Notes under the pieces: model-generated
Told to the model about the DNA's origin: nothing
The model's input: only the letters and a program-made list of their open reading frames with translations
Database searches by the model: none
Position numbers and translations under genes: made by a program
From: Ostreococcus tauri
Taxonomy: Eukaryota
Direction of reading: 5' to 3'
DNA: 32,000 nt
Assembly (NCBI GenBank): GCA_000214015.2
Contig: CAID01000009.2
Location: 1-32,000, forward strand
Part shown: positions 19,389 to 27,461 of the stretch, in pieces
Position numbering within the stretch: position 1 is the first letter of the stretch
Layout: each line of letters opens with the position of its first letter

Positions 19389-20071
19389 ATGATCACATTT
19401 ACCTTGAAGTGCGCCGGTTTTGGCGTCGGTTACCTCTACCCGACGTACAGTGCGCTCAAACTCCTCGATCGCAAGGTGATTGGACCGGAAGATGTGACGT
19501 TGTGGTTGACCTACTTCATCGTCGCGTTCTCGCTCGTGATCGGTGAATCCATCGGCTTGGTCTCCTGGTACGTGTTCGTATTACGTTGCACACGCGTTCG
19601 CGCGCGCGCGAGGGGGGAACGCGGCGAACGAACGCGCGCGAGGGGAAGATGATGGAGAATTCTACTCGTCCTCGACGGTTTCAAACGCGCGGCGCGACGA
19701 ACGCACGGAACCCCTCGAACGCACGAAGAGAGACTGACGACGCGTTTCGCTCGCACAGGATCCCGGCGTACCGCATGCTCAAGATTTTGTTCTGCGCGTG
19801 GATGGTCAACCCGAGGTTCAAGGGCGCCATCACCGTCTACAAAAAGGGCATTCAGCCCGTCTTCCACCAGCTGTCTCCATCCATCGATAAACACACCGAG
19901 AACTTGAAGAAGGGTGACTTCGCGGCCATCCAACAGGAACTCGGCCCGCAATTCGCCCGGGTTCAGGAGCTCGTGAAGAAGCACGGTCCCGAAGCGATCG
20001 AAAAAGCCTTGAACTTGGCGGGTAAGGGTGGCGACAAGAAGAAGCCCGAAGCCAACGGCAAGGCGGAGTAG
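19389..20071 (+). CDS. HVA22 / TB2 / DP1 (REEP) family membrane protein. The model has two exons.
   Basis: Exon 1 is 19389..19567 (GYLYPTYSALKLLD...WLTYFIVAF...LVS-W). The intron is 19568..19758 (GTACGT...GACTGAC...CAG, 191 nt, and it splits the Trp codon). Exon 2 is 19759..20071 (IPAYRMLKILFCAWMVNPRFKGAITVYKK...). The joined protein is 163 aa and has the TB2/DP1/HVA22 signature. Confidence 0.85.
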
Positions 20072-20185
20072 GTGCGACGATCCGATGATGAAACGACCGC
20101 CCGATTCGTAGGGTCTTTGTGATTACAATCAGGATGTATGCATACTTCGTGCACCTTGTCCGCGTGTATTAGATTCGCGAACGTA

Positions 20186-21271
20186 TTAAAGTGGAGAAAA
20201 CGTGCTCCGTACCGCGGCGGCGCCGCCAGGCGACTCGCGATACATTTGCGACAAGCGCTCGATGTCCGCGGGACTACCGACGTGAATGGGCATTCTCTCG
20301 TGCGCCGACGTCGGAACGAAATCCAGCACGCGCGTATCGGCGGCAGAAATCGCCAAGCCCCCAGCGCGCTCGATGATGGCCGACATGGGGAAGCATTCGT
20401 ACACCGCTCGAAGCTTGCCGTTTGGGTTGGACGCGTCCGCGGGATAGTGAAACGTCCCCCCGTACAGCAGTGTTCTGTGGACGTCGGCGACCATGGAACC
20501 AATGTATCGAAGCGACTTCTTCTCCTTCGAGCACTCATCGATGTATGCTCGCATAACGTCGTCCCATTTTCGATAATTCGCCTGGTTCACGCTGTACACG
20601 TTGCCCGAAGTCGGGATGCGAATGTTTGCCTTTGTGAGCACAAAGGCGTCGAGACTCTCGTCGTAGGTGAACGCGCACACCGCGCCGGTGGACATGAAAC
20701 TCAACACGAGAATCGTCGACGCGCCGTACATGACGTATCCAACGCTGCGCATGTCGTTTCCCGGACGCGCGTACACGGATGCAGCCGCGGAGTTTTCATC
20801 GACGCCGACGAGACCAAAAATCGTCCCCACGCCGACGCCGCACTCGATGTTGGAGCTCCCGTCCAAGGGATCGAAAACAACCGCGATGCGTCCTCTCGGA
20901 TTCGCGGCGACCACGTCCTCGCTCTCTTCGCTCGCGATCCAAGCCGACGACCCCTCTTCGCGCAGCGCCTCGACGCACATCTCGTGCGCCGCGTCGTCCA
21001 GCGCCGCCTGTTCCTCTCCGTGCACGTTCACCGCCCCATTCTTCCCCTCCACGTACGCCTTCACGTCCGTCAATCCAGCGCGTCGCACGAACCGCCCAAT
21101 CTTCGCGCACGTCCGCGCGAGCGCCCGAACGATCGCCGCTTCGTTCTCGCAATCCTCCGCCTCGCGCGCGCTCGTCGACGCCTCCACCGCGTCCGCCGCG
21201 CGCGCGCGCAAATATTCATGCAGCGTCGCGGCGCCAACCTCATACGCCCCCGCTAAACCCGCATCGCCCAT
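20186..21271 (-). CDS. FBP: Fructose-1,6-bisphosphatase, class 1 family, with a divergent N-terminus and no obvious transit peptide.
   Basis: Conserved motifs are VVFDPLDGSSNIE, VGTIFG, LRYIGSMVADVHRTLLYGG and GKLRAVYECFPMS. The first in-frame ATG is at 21271 (MGDAGLAG). The remainder of ORF 20186..22234 upstream has no Met and is Arg-rich GC-driven sequence. Confidence 0.88.
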   Translation of the reverse strand: MGDAGLAGAYEVGAATLHEYLRARAADAVEASTSAREAEDCENEAAIVRALARTCAKIGRFVRRAGLTDVKAYVEGKNGAVNVHGEEQAALDDAAHEMCVEALREEGSSAWIASEESEDVVAANPRGRIAVVFDPLDGSSNIECGVGVGTIFGLVGVDENSAAASVYARPGNDMRSVGYVMYGASTILVLSFMSTGAVCAFTYDESLDAFVLTKANIRIPTSGNVYSVNQANYRKWDDVMRAYIDECSKEKKSLRYIGSMVADVHRTLLYGGTFHYPADASNPNGKLRAVYECFPMSAIIERAGGLAISAADTRVLDFVPTSAHERMPIHVGSPADIERLSQMYRESPGGAAAVRSTFSPL

Positions 21272-21725
21272 CGCTCGCCCGTCACCGCGCTCGACGCCCG
21301 TCCGCGCCGTCGTCCGTCCGCGTCGCCCCGCACCGCGCCCGACGCCCACGCGCGGGTGAATGCGCGCGCGCGCCGTCGCCCGCGGTCGCGCCCCGACGCC
21401 CACGCGCGCGTCCACGGCGACGGGCGCGATCGTCCCGCGCGTCGCGCGACGTCGAGCGCGCGCGCGCGGACGACGCGCGACGGGCACGACGACGCCCACC
21501 TCGATCCCGCCCCACCCCGCGGGCGTTCGAACCGCGGGGGGCGATCGCGCGCGCGCTCGACGACGAGTCGTGACTCGTGGGTCGTGACTCGTGACGGCGC
21601 GCGACGTGAGACTCCAACGCGTGTGACGCGGACCATCGTCCACGGACGCGCCGACGTCGCGGCGACGATCGACGCCTCGCGAACGTCGACCGGGGCGACG
21701 GCGACGGGAGACGAACGCGCGCGCG

Positions 21726-24700
21726 ATGGCGAATGCTATCGCGTCCACCGTGGGCGTTCGGGAGCGACGGCCTTGGACGCCATCGAACGGGCGACGCGAG
21801 GGGTGGAATCGCGCGGGCGACGGGAGGGGTGGGCGTCGCGCGACGAGGACGCGGACGCGGACGACGACGGGCGCGCGATCGGTGGAGACGCGTCGACGAG
21901 GGGTGGGATCGGTGCGAGGACGATGCGTCGCGGCGTCGGCGGCGAACGGGGGGGAGCGAGGGGCGTACGTCGAGACGCAGGCGGGGCGGTGGGACCGCGC
22001 GTTGGAGGCGCTGGCGACCGAGGTGGATCCGAGCGAGGCGATCGCTTTGCTCGATCGACCGCTCCCGTCGCACGAGGAGATCCGACGGGGGACGTTGGAG
22101 AATGGGTTGAAGTACGTGATTTTACCCAACAAGGTGCCGGAGGGACGATTTGAGGCGCACCTGGAGATGCACGTGGGGGCGGTGGATGAGCGCGAGGACG
22201 AGCAAGGCTTGGCGCACCTCGTGGAGCATGTCACGTTTCTGGGTTCGCGTAAGCGCGATCAGTGGCTGGGAAGCGGGACGAGAGGTAACGCGTACACTGA
22301 TTTCCACCACACCGTGTTCCACATCCACGCGCCGACGACGAACAAGGATGGGCACTACATGCCTCCAAACGTCTTGGATATTCTGAATGACGTCGCGTTC
22401 ACGCCACAGTTATTGGAAACGCGCGTGGCCAAGGAGAAGAAGGCGGTGCTCGCGGAGGCGCAAATGATGAATACGATCGAGTATCGCGTGGACTGTCAGC
22501 TTCTCGAGCATTTGCACTGGGATAATCTTCTCGGGACGCGGTTCCCCATCGGTAAGCTCGATCAGGTCGAAGCGTGGCCCGCGCAAGCGGTGAAAGATTT
22601 CCACGCACGGTGGTACTTTCCGGCCAACGCGACGCTTTACGTCGTGGGTGACTTCGATGCTACTGTGGATGAGGTGGAGGAGATGATCGCCACCGCGTTT
22701 GGGGAAGCCGCCCCGGCCGAGGGAGCGGAGGAAGTTGGCTCTCCCCTGGAGCGTCATCGCGTTCGGCCGCCCGTGAAGCACGCTTACGGTGCGCCCTCTT
22801 ACGAGCTCGAAGAGATCAAGCGAATGAACGAAGAAGCCAAGGCAAAAGCCTTGGAAGATCCTTTCATGCCGTTCGTCGCGGATGAGGGCAAGGTTTCGAT
22901 GTTTCAACACGAGCACTTGTCCAACGCGAGCTTTAACATTTTCTCAAAGTTGGAAATCAAGCCGCTTAAGCGCATGGGAGATTTGTACAGGACGATCCTT
23001 CAGCGCATCGTGTTGTTGGTGTTACAAAGCCGCATTCAAGCGCGTTATGCGGAGACAAATGCGGATTACAAGCGCGTCGAACTGGACCACTCTGACTCTG
23101 CGCGCGAGGGGTGCTGCGTCAGCACGGTCACCGTGACATGCGAACCTCGCGAGTACGAGTTCGCCCTGCAAGTCGCCGTGGAGGAGGCTCGGCGTTTGCA
23201 AAAGTTCGGTTTGACTCCGAGTGAGCTCGACCGTTTCAAGGCTGCCATGCTTCGTGATTCAGAACAGCTCGCGCAGCAAGCCGGGAGCGTGCCGAGCCTG
23301 GAAAACCTCGACTTCATCATGGAGCAGGACGCGTGCGGCCATGTCGTCATGGACCAAGTCGCCGGACACGAAGCCATGGTGGACATGGCAGATTTACTCA
23401 CCCTCGATGCGTGTAACGGTATGTGCGATGAGCTTTTGGGCTTCATCGGCGAATACGGCAAGGCACACAACCGCTCGAAGAACAGCGGCATGTGCACGGC
23501 CATCGTCGCATGCGTCCCGGCCACGATGACCGACGCCAAGGGCGAGACCGTGCCCTTCGATATTACTCCCGAGCGCATCGAACAAGTTCTCGCCGCTGAC
23601 TACGGCGAGATCACGGAGCCCGAGGACATTTACGTCCCGGAAGTGTTGGTCTCCGATGAAGAGGTTGACACGCTCTTCGCCAATATGTCGCCAGAGTTTG
23701 TCGAGGCAACCTATCACGAGCCAACGGGAGTGTACCAACGCACGTTGAGTAATGGGATCAGAGTGAACTACAAGGTTCTCGATGCCGAGCCCGGAAGTGC
23801 GTTCCTTCGTCTCGTCGTCCCTGGGGGCCGATCGTTGGAGAGCCCAGAAATAGGTCCCGGCGGCATCGGTGCCTCGGCGGTTGGTCTTCGAACGGTTCAA
23901 GAAGCCGGAGACGTCGGAAGTTGGAGCCGCAAACAAATTGAATTGTTGACCATGCAACATTTGCTAGTGTACGACGTCGAGCCCGAGGTCGAATATCTGT
24001 TCATGGACTCTGCGTTTGCAACGGATGGTGGCTTGAGGACTATTCTCGAGATAATCCATCTCACTCTCACCAAGCCAAACTGGGACGAGCAAGCGCTCGA
24101 GCGAGTCAAGGACATTTATCGCATGTTCCAAATCAATACGAACAAGAACATTGAACTCCTGACTCACGAAACCATCAACGCGGTGATTTACAATGATCGA
24201 CGCATCATGGATCCGAACAAGGAGGCGCTCGCGGCGCTGACGCTCGATGGAGTGCGAGAGATTATCGAGAAGCAGTTTGCCAGCGGGGCGTTGGAGCTCA
24301 ACATCGTCGGAGACATCATTCCGGAAGAAGTAGACGATCTGGTTCTCGCTTTCATGGGTTCAATCAAGACGAAACCGTCGCCACCGTCGCTCGTGGCCCC
24401 GCTGAAGTTGAAGGATGTGCCGGCGGATGATCCCATCCGCGCGCAGCGACTTTGGTTGAGAGACAGCGATGAGCGCGCATGCGCCGTTGCTGCCGGTCCG
24501 GGACCGTCCATGTGGGAACCGATGACGAAGTTGTTCAACGAAATCCCTAGCTTTATCAACGTGGAGTCGTACACGCCTGAACAGATTGCCGCTTTGAAGG
24601 ATCCGGTGAACGAGGTTGCCGCGGCGAAGGGCAACCCATTCGCGCGTCAATCCGTGCGACGAGCCAATCCGCTGGCGACTTATTGCGCGGGCATGATGCT

Positions 24701-25295
24701 CGCTGAAGTTGTGGGTGGTAGGCTGTTCACCACGGTTAGAGACGCGTTGGGTCTGACGTATGACTGCAACTTTACGATGTCGTTCGGCTTGCAGAATAAC
24801 GACGCTACGACGTACAGGTTGTTGGTGACGTCAACGCCGGAAAAGATCGATGACGCGCTTCAGGCCGGCGTCCGTGTGATGCGAGGATTCAAGACGCAGC
24901 GCGTGAGCCAGCGCGAGGTCGATCGCGCGCGCTTGACCTTGTTGAGTCGACACGAGATGGACCTCAAAACGAACAACTACTGGGCTGATCTCATGCAGTG
25001 CACAAACACCCCGGACCTGGCGCCGAAGAAGAAGATCCAGTGCATCGCGGACTTGCCGCTAATGTACGACGCGATGACCGTGGAAGATCTTCAACAGGTG
25101 TACGATCGCCTGGGCCTGGGCGAGGGCGAGATGTTCACCAGCGTCACCATCGCCGGCAAGGAGGAGCCGCCGCCATACCTGTCGCCCAAGGATGTTGACG
25201 CTGCCGCATTAGCCGCGCAAACCTTGACCGCGGCGCTCGGCGGATTGAACATCGCCGAGGCGATTAAAAAGCTCAAAGAGCAATCCAACACGTAA
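21726..25295 (+). CDS. SPP: Stromal processing peptidase-like M16 (pitrilysin) zinc metalloprotease.
   Basis: The protein is 1189 aa. The inverted zinc motif HLVEH occurs in HLEMHVGAVDEREDEQGLAHLVEHVTFLGS. It is followed by GNAYTDFHHTVFHIHAP, which closely matches plant SPP as I remember it. The N-terminus is Arg/Thr-rich and transit-like. Confidence 0.88.
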   Translation: MANAIASTVGVRERRPWTPSNGRREGWNRAGDGRGGRRATRTRTRTTTGARSVETRRRGVGSVRGRCVAASAANGGERGAYVETQAGRWDRALEALATEVDPSEAIALLDRPLPSHEEIRRGTLENGLKYVILPNKVPEGRFEAHLEMHVGAVDEREDEQGLAHLVEHVTFLGSRKRDQWLGSGTRGNAYTDFHHTVFHIHAPTTNKDGHYMPPNVLDILNDVAFTPQLLETRVAKEKKAVLAEAQMMNTIEYRVDCQLLEHLHWDNLLGTRFPIGKLDQVEAWPAQAVKDFHARWYFPANATLYVVGDFDATVDEVEEMIATAFGEAAPAEGAEEVGSPLERHRVRPPVKHAYGAPSYELEEIKRMNEEAKAKALEDPFMPFVADEGKVSMFQHEHLSNASFNIFSKLEIKPLKRMGDLYRTILQRIVLLVLQSRIQARYAETNADYKRVELDHSDSAREGCCVSTVTVTCEPREYEFALQVAVEEARRLQKFGLTPSELDRFKAAMLRDSEQLAQQAGSVPSLENLDFIMEQDACGHVVMDQVAGHEAMVDMADLLTLDACNGMCDELLGFIGEYGKAHNRSKNSGMCTAIVACVPATMTDAKGETVPFDITPERIEQVLAADYGEITEPEDIYVPEVLVSDEEVDTLFANMSPEFVEATYHEPTGVYQRTLSNGIRVNYKVLDAEPGSAFLRLVVPGGRSLESPEIGPGGIGASAVGLRTVQEAGDVGSWSRKQIELLTMQHLLVYDVEPEVEYLFMDSAFATDGGLRTILEIIHLTLTKPNWDEQALERVKDIYRMFQINTNKNIELLTHETINAVIYNDRRIMDPNKEALAALTLDGVREIIEKQFASGALELNIVGDIIPEEVDDLVLAFMGSIKTKPSPPSLVAPLKLKDVPADDPIRAQRLWLRDSDERACAVAAGPGPSMWEPMTKLFNEIPSFINVESYTPEQIAALKDPVNEVAAAKGNPFARQSVRRANPLATYCAGMMLAEVVGGRLFTTVRDALGLTYDCNFTMSFGLQNNDATTYRLLVTSTPEKIDDALQAGVRVMRGFKTQRVSQREVDRARLTLLSRHEMDLKTNNYWADLMQCTNTPDLAPKKKIQCIADLPLMYDAMTVEDLQQVYDRLGLGEGEMFTSVTIAGKEEPPPYLSPKDVDAAALAAQTLTAALGGLNIAEAIKKLKEQSNT

Positions 25296-25400
25296 TAGCA
25301 GCAAGAAACCAGTAGGTTTCATTTAATTGAGTTTGCGAAATCTACCTACACCTCGTTTGCGAGCTAACGCGCGTCCGCAATTCCTCGCGCGTTTCAAGTC

Positions 25401-26402
25401 ATGACTCGCGACGAGAACGCTCCCCCGGCTCTGAGTGAGTACGAGCTCCAACGTTTGGCTCACGTCGAGCGTAACCGTGCGTACATGAAGCGGCTCGGCG
25501 TGTTACAAATCTCAAAAGACATGTTTGGTGACGCAAACAATCGTCGATCGAACGCGAACTCTCGGAAGCGCAAGACGCTTCAAGAACCCACGAGGCGATC
25601 GTCTCGAGTGGTCGGGATCAAGCCCGAGCACGATGGCTCCGCGATCGACGCCATGGACGATGGTGACGAGCCTGGAGAGAACTCGAGGCGACAGCCAAAG
25701 TTGGCTCGGGACGAAGACGAGGAGACGGACGCGTTCGCGGCGTCTCGAGAGTGGTTGGCCGGGGCGCGAGAGCGTTTGTTGGAGACTCGAGCGGCGAGTG
25801 GGAAGACGAATGAGAGCGCATGGCGCGCGGATGCGGTTCGACGTTGGGGAGAGGACGTTCCATCGCACGTGGACGACTGGGAGACCTGGGTCAAATCTAG
25901 GCTTGGGAAACCGCCGCCGCCGAGTGAATTACAGCTATTGCAGGAGTATTACGCGCACGACGCTTGGATGCTTCTCATCGCGTGCGCTCTGATGAGTCGA
26001 GTTGCGAGTGGGCCGTTGAAACACGAGGTGATATCAAATTTCTTTGAAAAGTTTCCAACGCCAACGGCGGCGCTGCATGCCGACGCAGAGGAAGTCTTCG
26101 AGGTCATCAAACGACTCGGTCTCTTTCCGGGGCGACATAGAACCATCGTCGAGGTCAGTACGGCGATTCTCACGAACACCGGGGCGTTCGAGGTTGGTCT
26201 CGAACCAGAAAAGAAAATTTACGGAATTGGCGAGTTTGGCATCGATTCTTTCGAGATTTTCGCGCGAGGTGACATCAACCGCAAACCAAAAGATTGCAAT
26301 CTCGCGGCGTTCTGTTCGTGGCAACGACGACACGGCGGCGCGAAGGAGGAGATTGAGGAGAAGCCGACCGTCGTCAGCGTCAAGAAGGAGCGCAGCGATT
26401 AG
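25401..26402 (+). CDS. MBD4-like HhH-GPD DNA glycosylase, with the glycosylase domain at the C-terminus.
   Basis: The segment HDAWMLLIACALMSRVASGPLKHEVISNFFEKFPTPTAALHADAEEVFEVIKRLGLFPGRHRTIVEVSTAIL...IYGIGEFGIDSFEIFA lines up with the human MBD4 glycosylase domain (HDPWKLLIATIFLNRTSG...LEKYPSAE...LKPLGLYDLRAKTIVKFS...LHGIGKYGNDSYRIFC). Confidence 0.8.
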   Translation: MTRDENAPPALSEYELQRLAHVERNRAYMKRLGVLQISKDMFGDANNRRSNANSRKRKTLQEPTRRSSRVVGIKPEHDGSAIDAMDDGDEPGENSRRQPKLARDEDEETDAFAASREWLAGARERLLETRAASGKTNESAWRADAVRRWGEDVPSHVDDWETWVKSRLGKPPPPSELQLLQEYYAHDAWMLLIACALMSRVASGPLKHEVISNFFEKFPTPTAALHADAEEVFEVIKRLGLFPGRHRTIVEVSTAILTNTGAFEVGLEPEKKIYGIGEFGIDSFEIFARGDINRKPKDCNLAAFCSWQRRHGGAKEEIEEKPTVVSVKKERSD

Positions 26403-26499
26403 TAGACGCGTTGTTGTATTCATTATGTTTTAATGGTTTATTTCAAGCGCAACGACTCGCGTCATTGTCACTCTTCCAGGCGTTGGGGAATCGCGAGTC

Positions 26500-26588
26500 G
26501 GACGTCGCGTTCGCTTCATCGACGAACCAGCCAACCGTGCATTCGGCTCTTTCGCTGGTTCGCGTCACGGTTCGCGAGCGCGTCGTCC
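26500..26588 (-). promoter_or_regulatory. SECIS-like stem-loop (form 2, GUGA...GA core) in the 3' UTR of the peroxiredoxin gene.
   Basis: The minus-strand RNA is GGACGACGCGCUCGC-GAACC-GUGA-C-GCGAACCAGC-G-AAA-GAGCCGAAUGCACGGUUG-GCUGGUUCGU-C-GA-UGAA-GCGAACGCGACGUCC. Helix I has 13 base pairs with 2 mismatches. The core is GUGA (26565..26568) opposite GA (26519..26520) followed by U. Helix II has 10 pairs. The AAA lies 12 nt after the core. An apical mini-helix of 5 pairs follows. The element starts 98 nt downstream of the TAA. The first core base is G rather than the usual A, and a C-C mismatch abuts the core. Confidence 0.6.
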
Positions 26589-26685
26589 TAGATCCCCTCA
26601 CCCACCCGTCGCTCTCGCTCTGGATCGAAAAGAAAATGTAAAACGAAAATGTAAAGGTTACGATCGGAGCTCGAACCCTCGCCGC

Positions 26686-27207
26686 TTACAAGGCGGCGAT
26701 ATCCTTGAGCATGTTATCAATGCACGAGGACTCGGGCCTTTCGTCCCCGGCGGGATCGTCCGGCCCTTCGCTCACGTTGATCACCTTGATCACGCCATCC
26801 TCGACGAACATCGCGAATCGCTTGCATCGCTTCGGTCCGAGCTTGGCGCACGGTCCCGGGTGCGTGAGCTCCATGTCCAACGCCTTGGTCATCACCGAGT
26901 TCGGGTCGGCGACGAAGGCGATGTTCGATCCCGCAATCTTTTGATCGATCGCCCAGGCCCCCATCACCGCGGCGTCGTTCACGCAGTAGACCAAAACCTC
27001 ATCAATCTTCGCGTTTTTCAACGCGTCCTGTCCCGCGAGGTATCCCGGGACCTGACACGTCGATCACGTGGGCGTGAACGCGCCGGGAAGACCGACGACG
27101 ATCGTTCGCTTGCCAGCCAAGCGCGCGCGCATCTTCACGGGCGTCGGCCACGTGGGCTCGTGGGATTGGGCGACGACGTCGGGGAACGCGTCACCGACCG
27201 CCACCAT
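26686..27207 (-). CDS. Type II (PRDX5-like) peroxiredoxin with predicted selenocysteine at the peroxidatic position. TGA 27064..27066 is read as Sec48.
   Basis: A single frame runs from ATG 27207 to TAA 26686 with one internal TGA. The translation is MVAVGDAFPDVV...AGKRTIVVGLPGAFTPT-U-STCQVPGYLAGQDALKNAKIDEVLVYCVNDAAVMGAWA...RFAMFVEDGVIKVINVSEG...NMLKDIAAL, 173 aa in total. The family motif PGAFTPTCS places the catalytic Cys exactly at the TGA, and conservation continues on both sides of it. A SECIS-like element lies downstream at 26500..26588. The track ORF 26686..27021 covers only the C-terminal two thirds. Confidence 0.8.
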
Positions 27208-27461
27208 GACGACTTCGCGCGCGGTGACGTGTGCGCACGCGCGCGGTCGAGCGATCGGAAGGCGCGTTCGGACGACGTCGAATTGCGTGACCGGTTTGGT
27301 GATTCATGACTCCAGAGAGGGGGTATGTATGTCGATTGGTTGTTGAGAGACCTCGCCGGTTGCGTCGTTGAGCGGATCTACTGTGATAAATATGATTACA
27401 TCGTACCTCGGACGAGGCCTTTGTTGGAATGCGCGTTCGCCGCGTCCGACGTCGCCGCCGT

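Noticed and set aside
20138-21573. Several + strand ORFs (372, 230 and 264 aa) across the FBPase locus.
   Set aside because: They are antisense or off-frame readings of the FBPase CDS and its GC-rich upstream spacer. Their composition is Arg/Pro/Ser/Ala low complexity.
21272-22234. The N-terminal 320 aa of ORF 20186..22234, and ORFs 21282..22073 and 21356..22153.
   Set aside because: No Met occurs upstream of 21271 in the FBPase frame. The sequence is Arg-rich and driven by CG repeats. It also overlaps the start of the well-supported SPP gene on the other strand.
26420-26470. Canonical ATGA motifs (26462..26465 and 26420..26423, minus strand) considered as alternative SECIS cores.
   Set aside because: I could not find a partner GA with complementary flanks or a helix II of suitable length for either. 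The GUGA-core structure at 26500..26588 is much more complete.
26675-26700. A tRNA-like anticodon hairpin CGCCGC-CTTGTAA-GCGGCG followed by GGGTTCGAGCTCC, on the minus strand.
   Set aside because: No D-arm, acceptor stem or proper T-stem can be formed. The hairpin is simply the last codons of the peroxiredoxin (…IAAL-TAA) plus flanking GC sequence.
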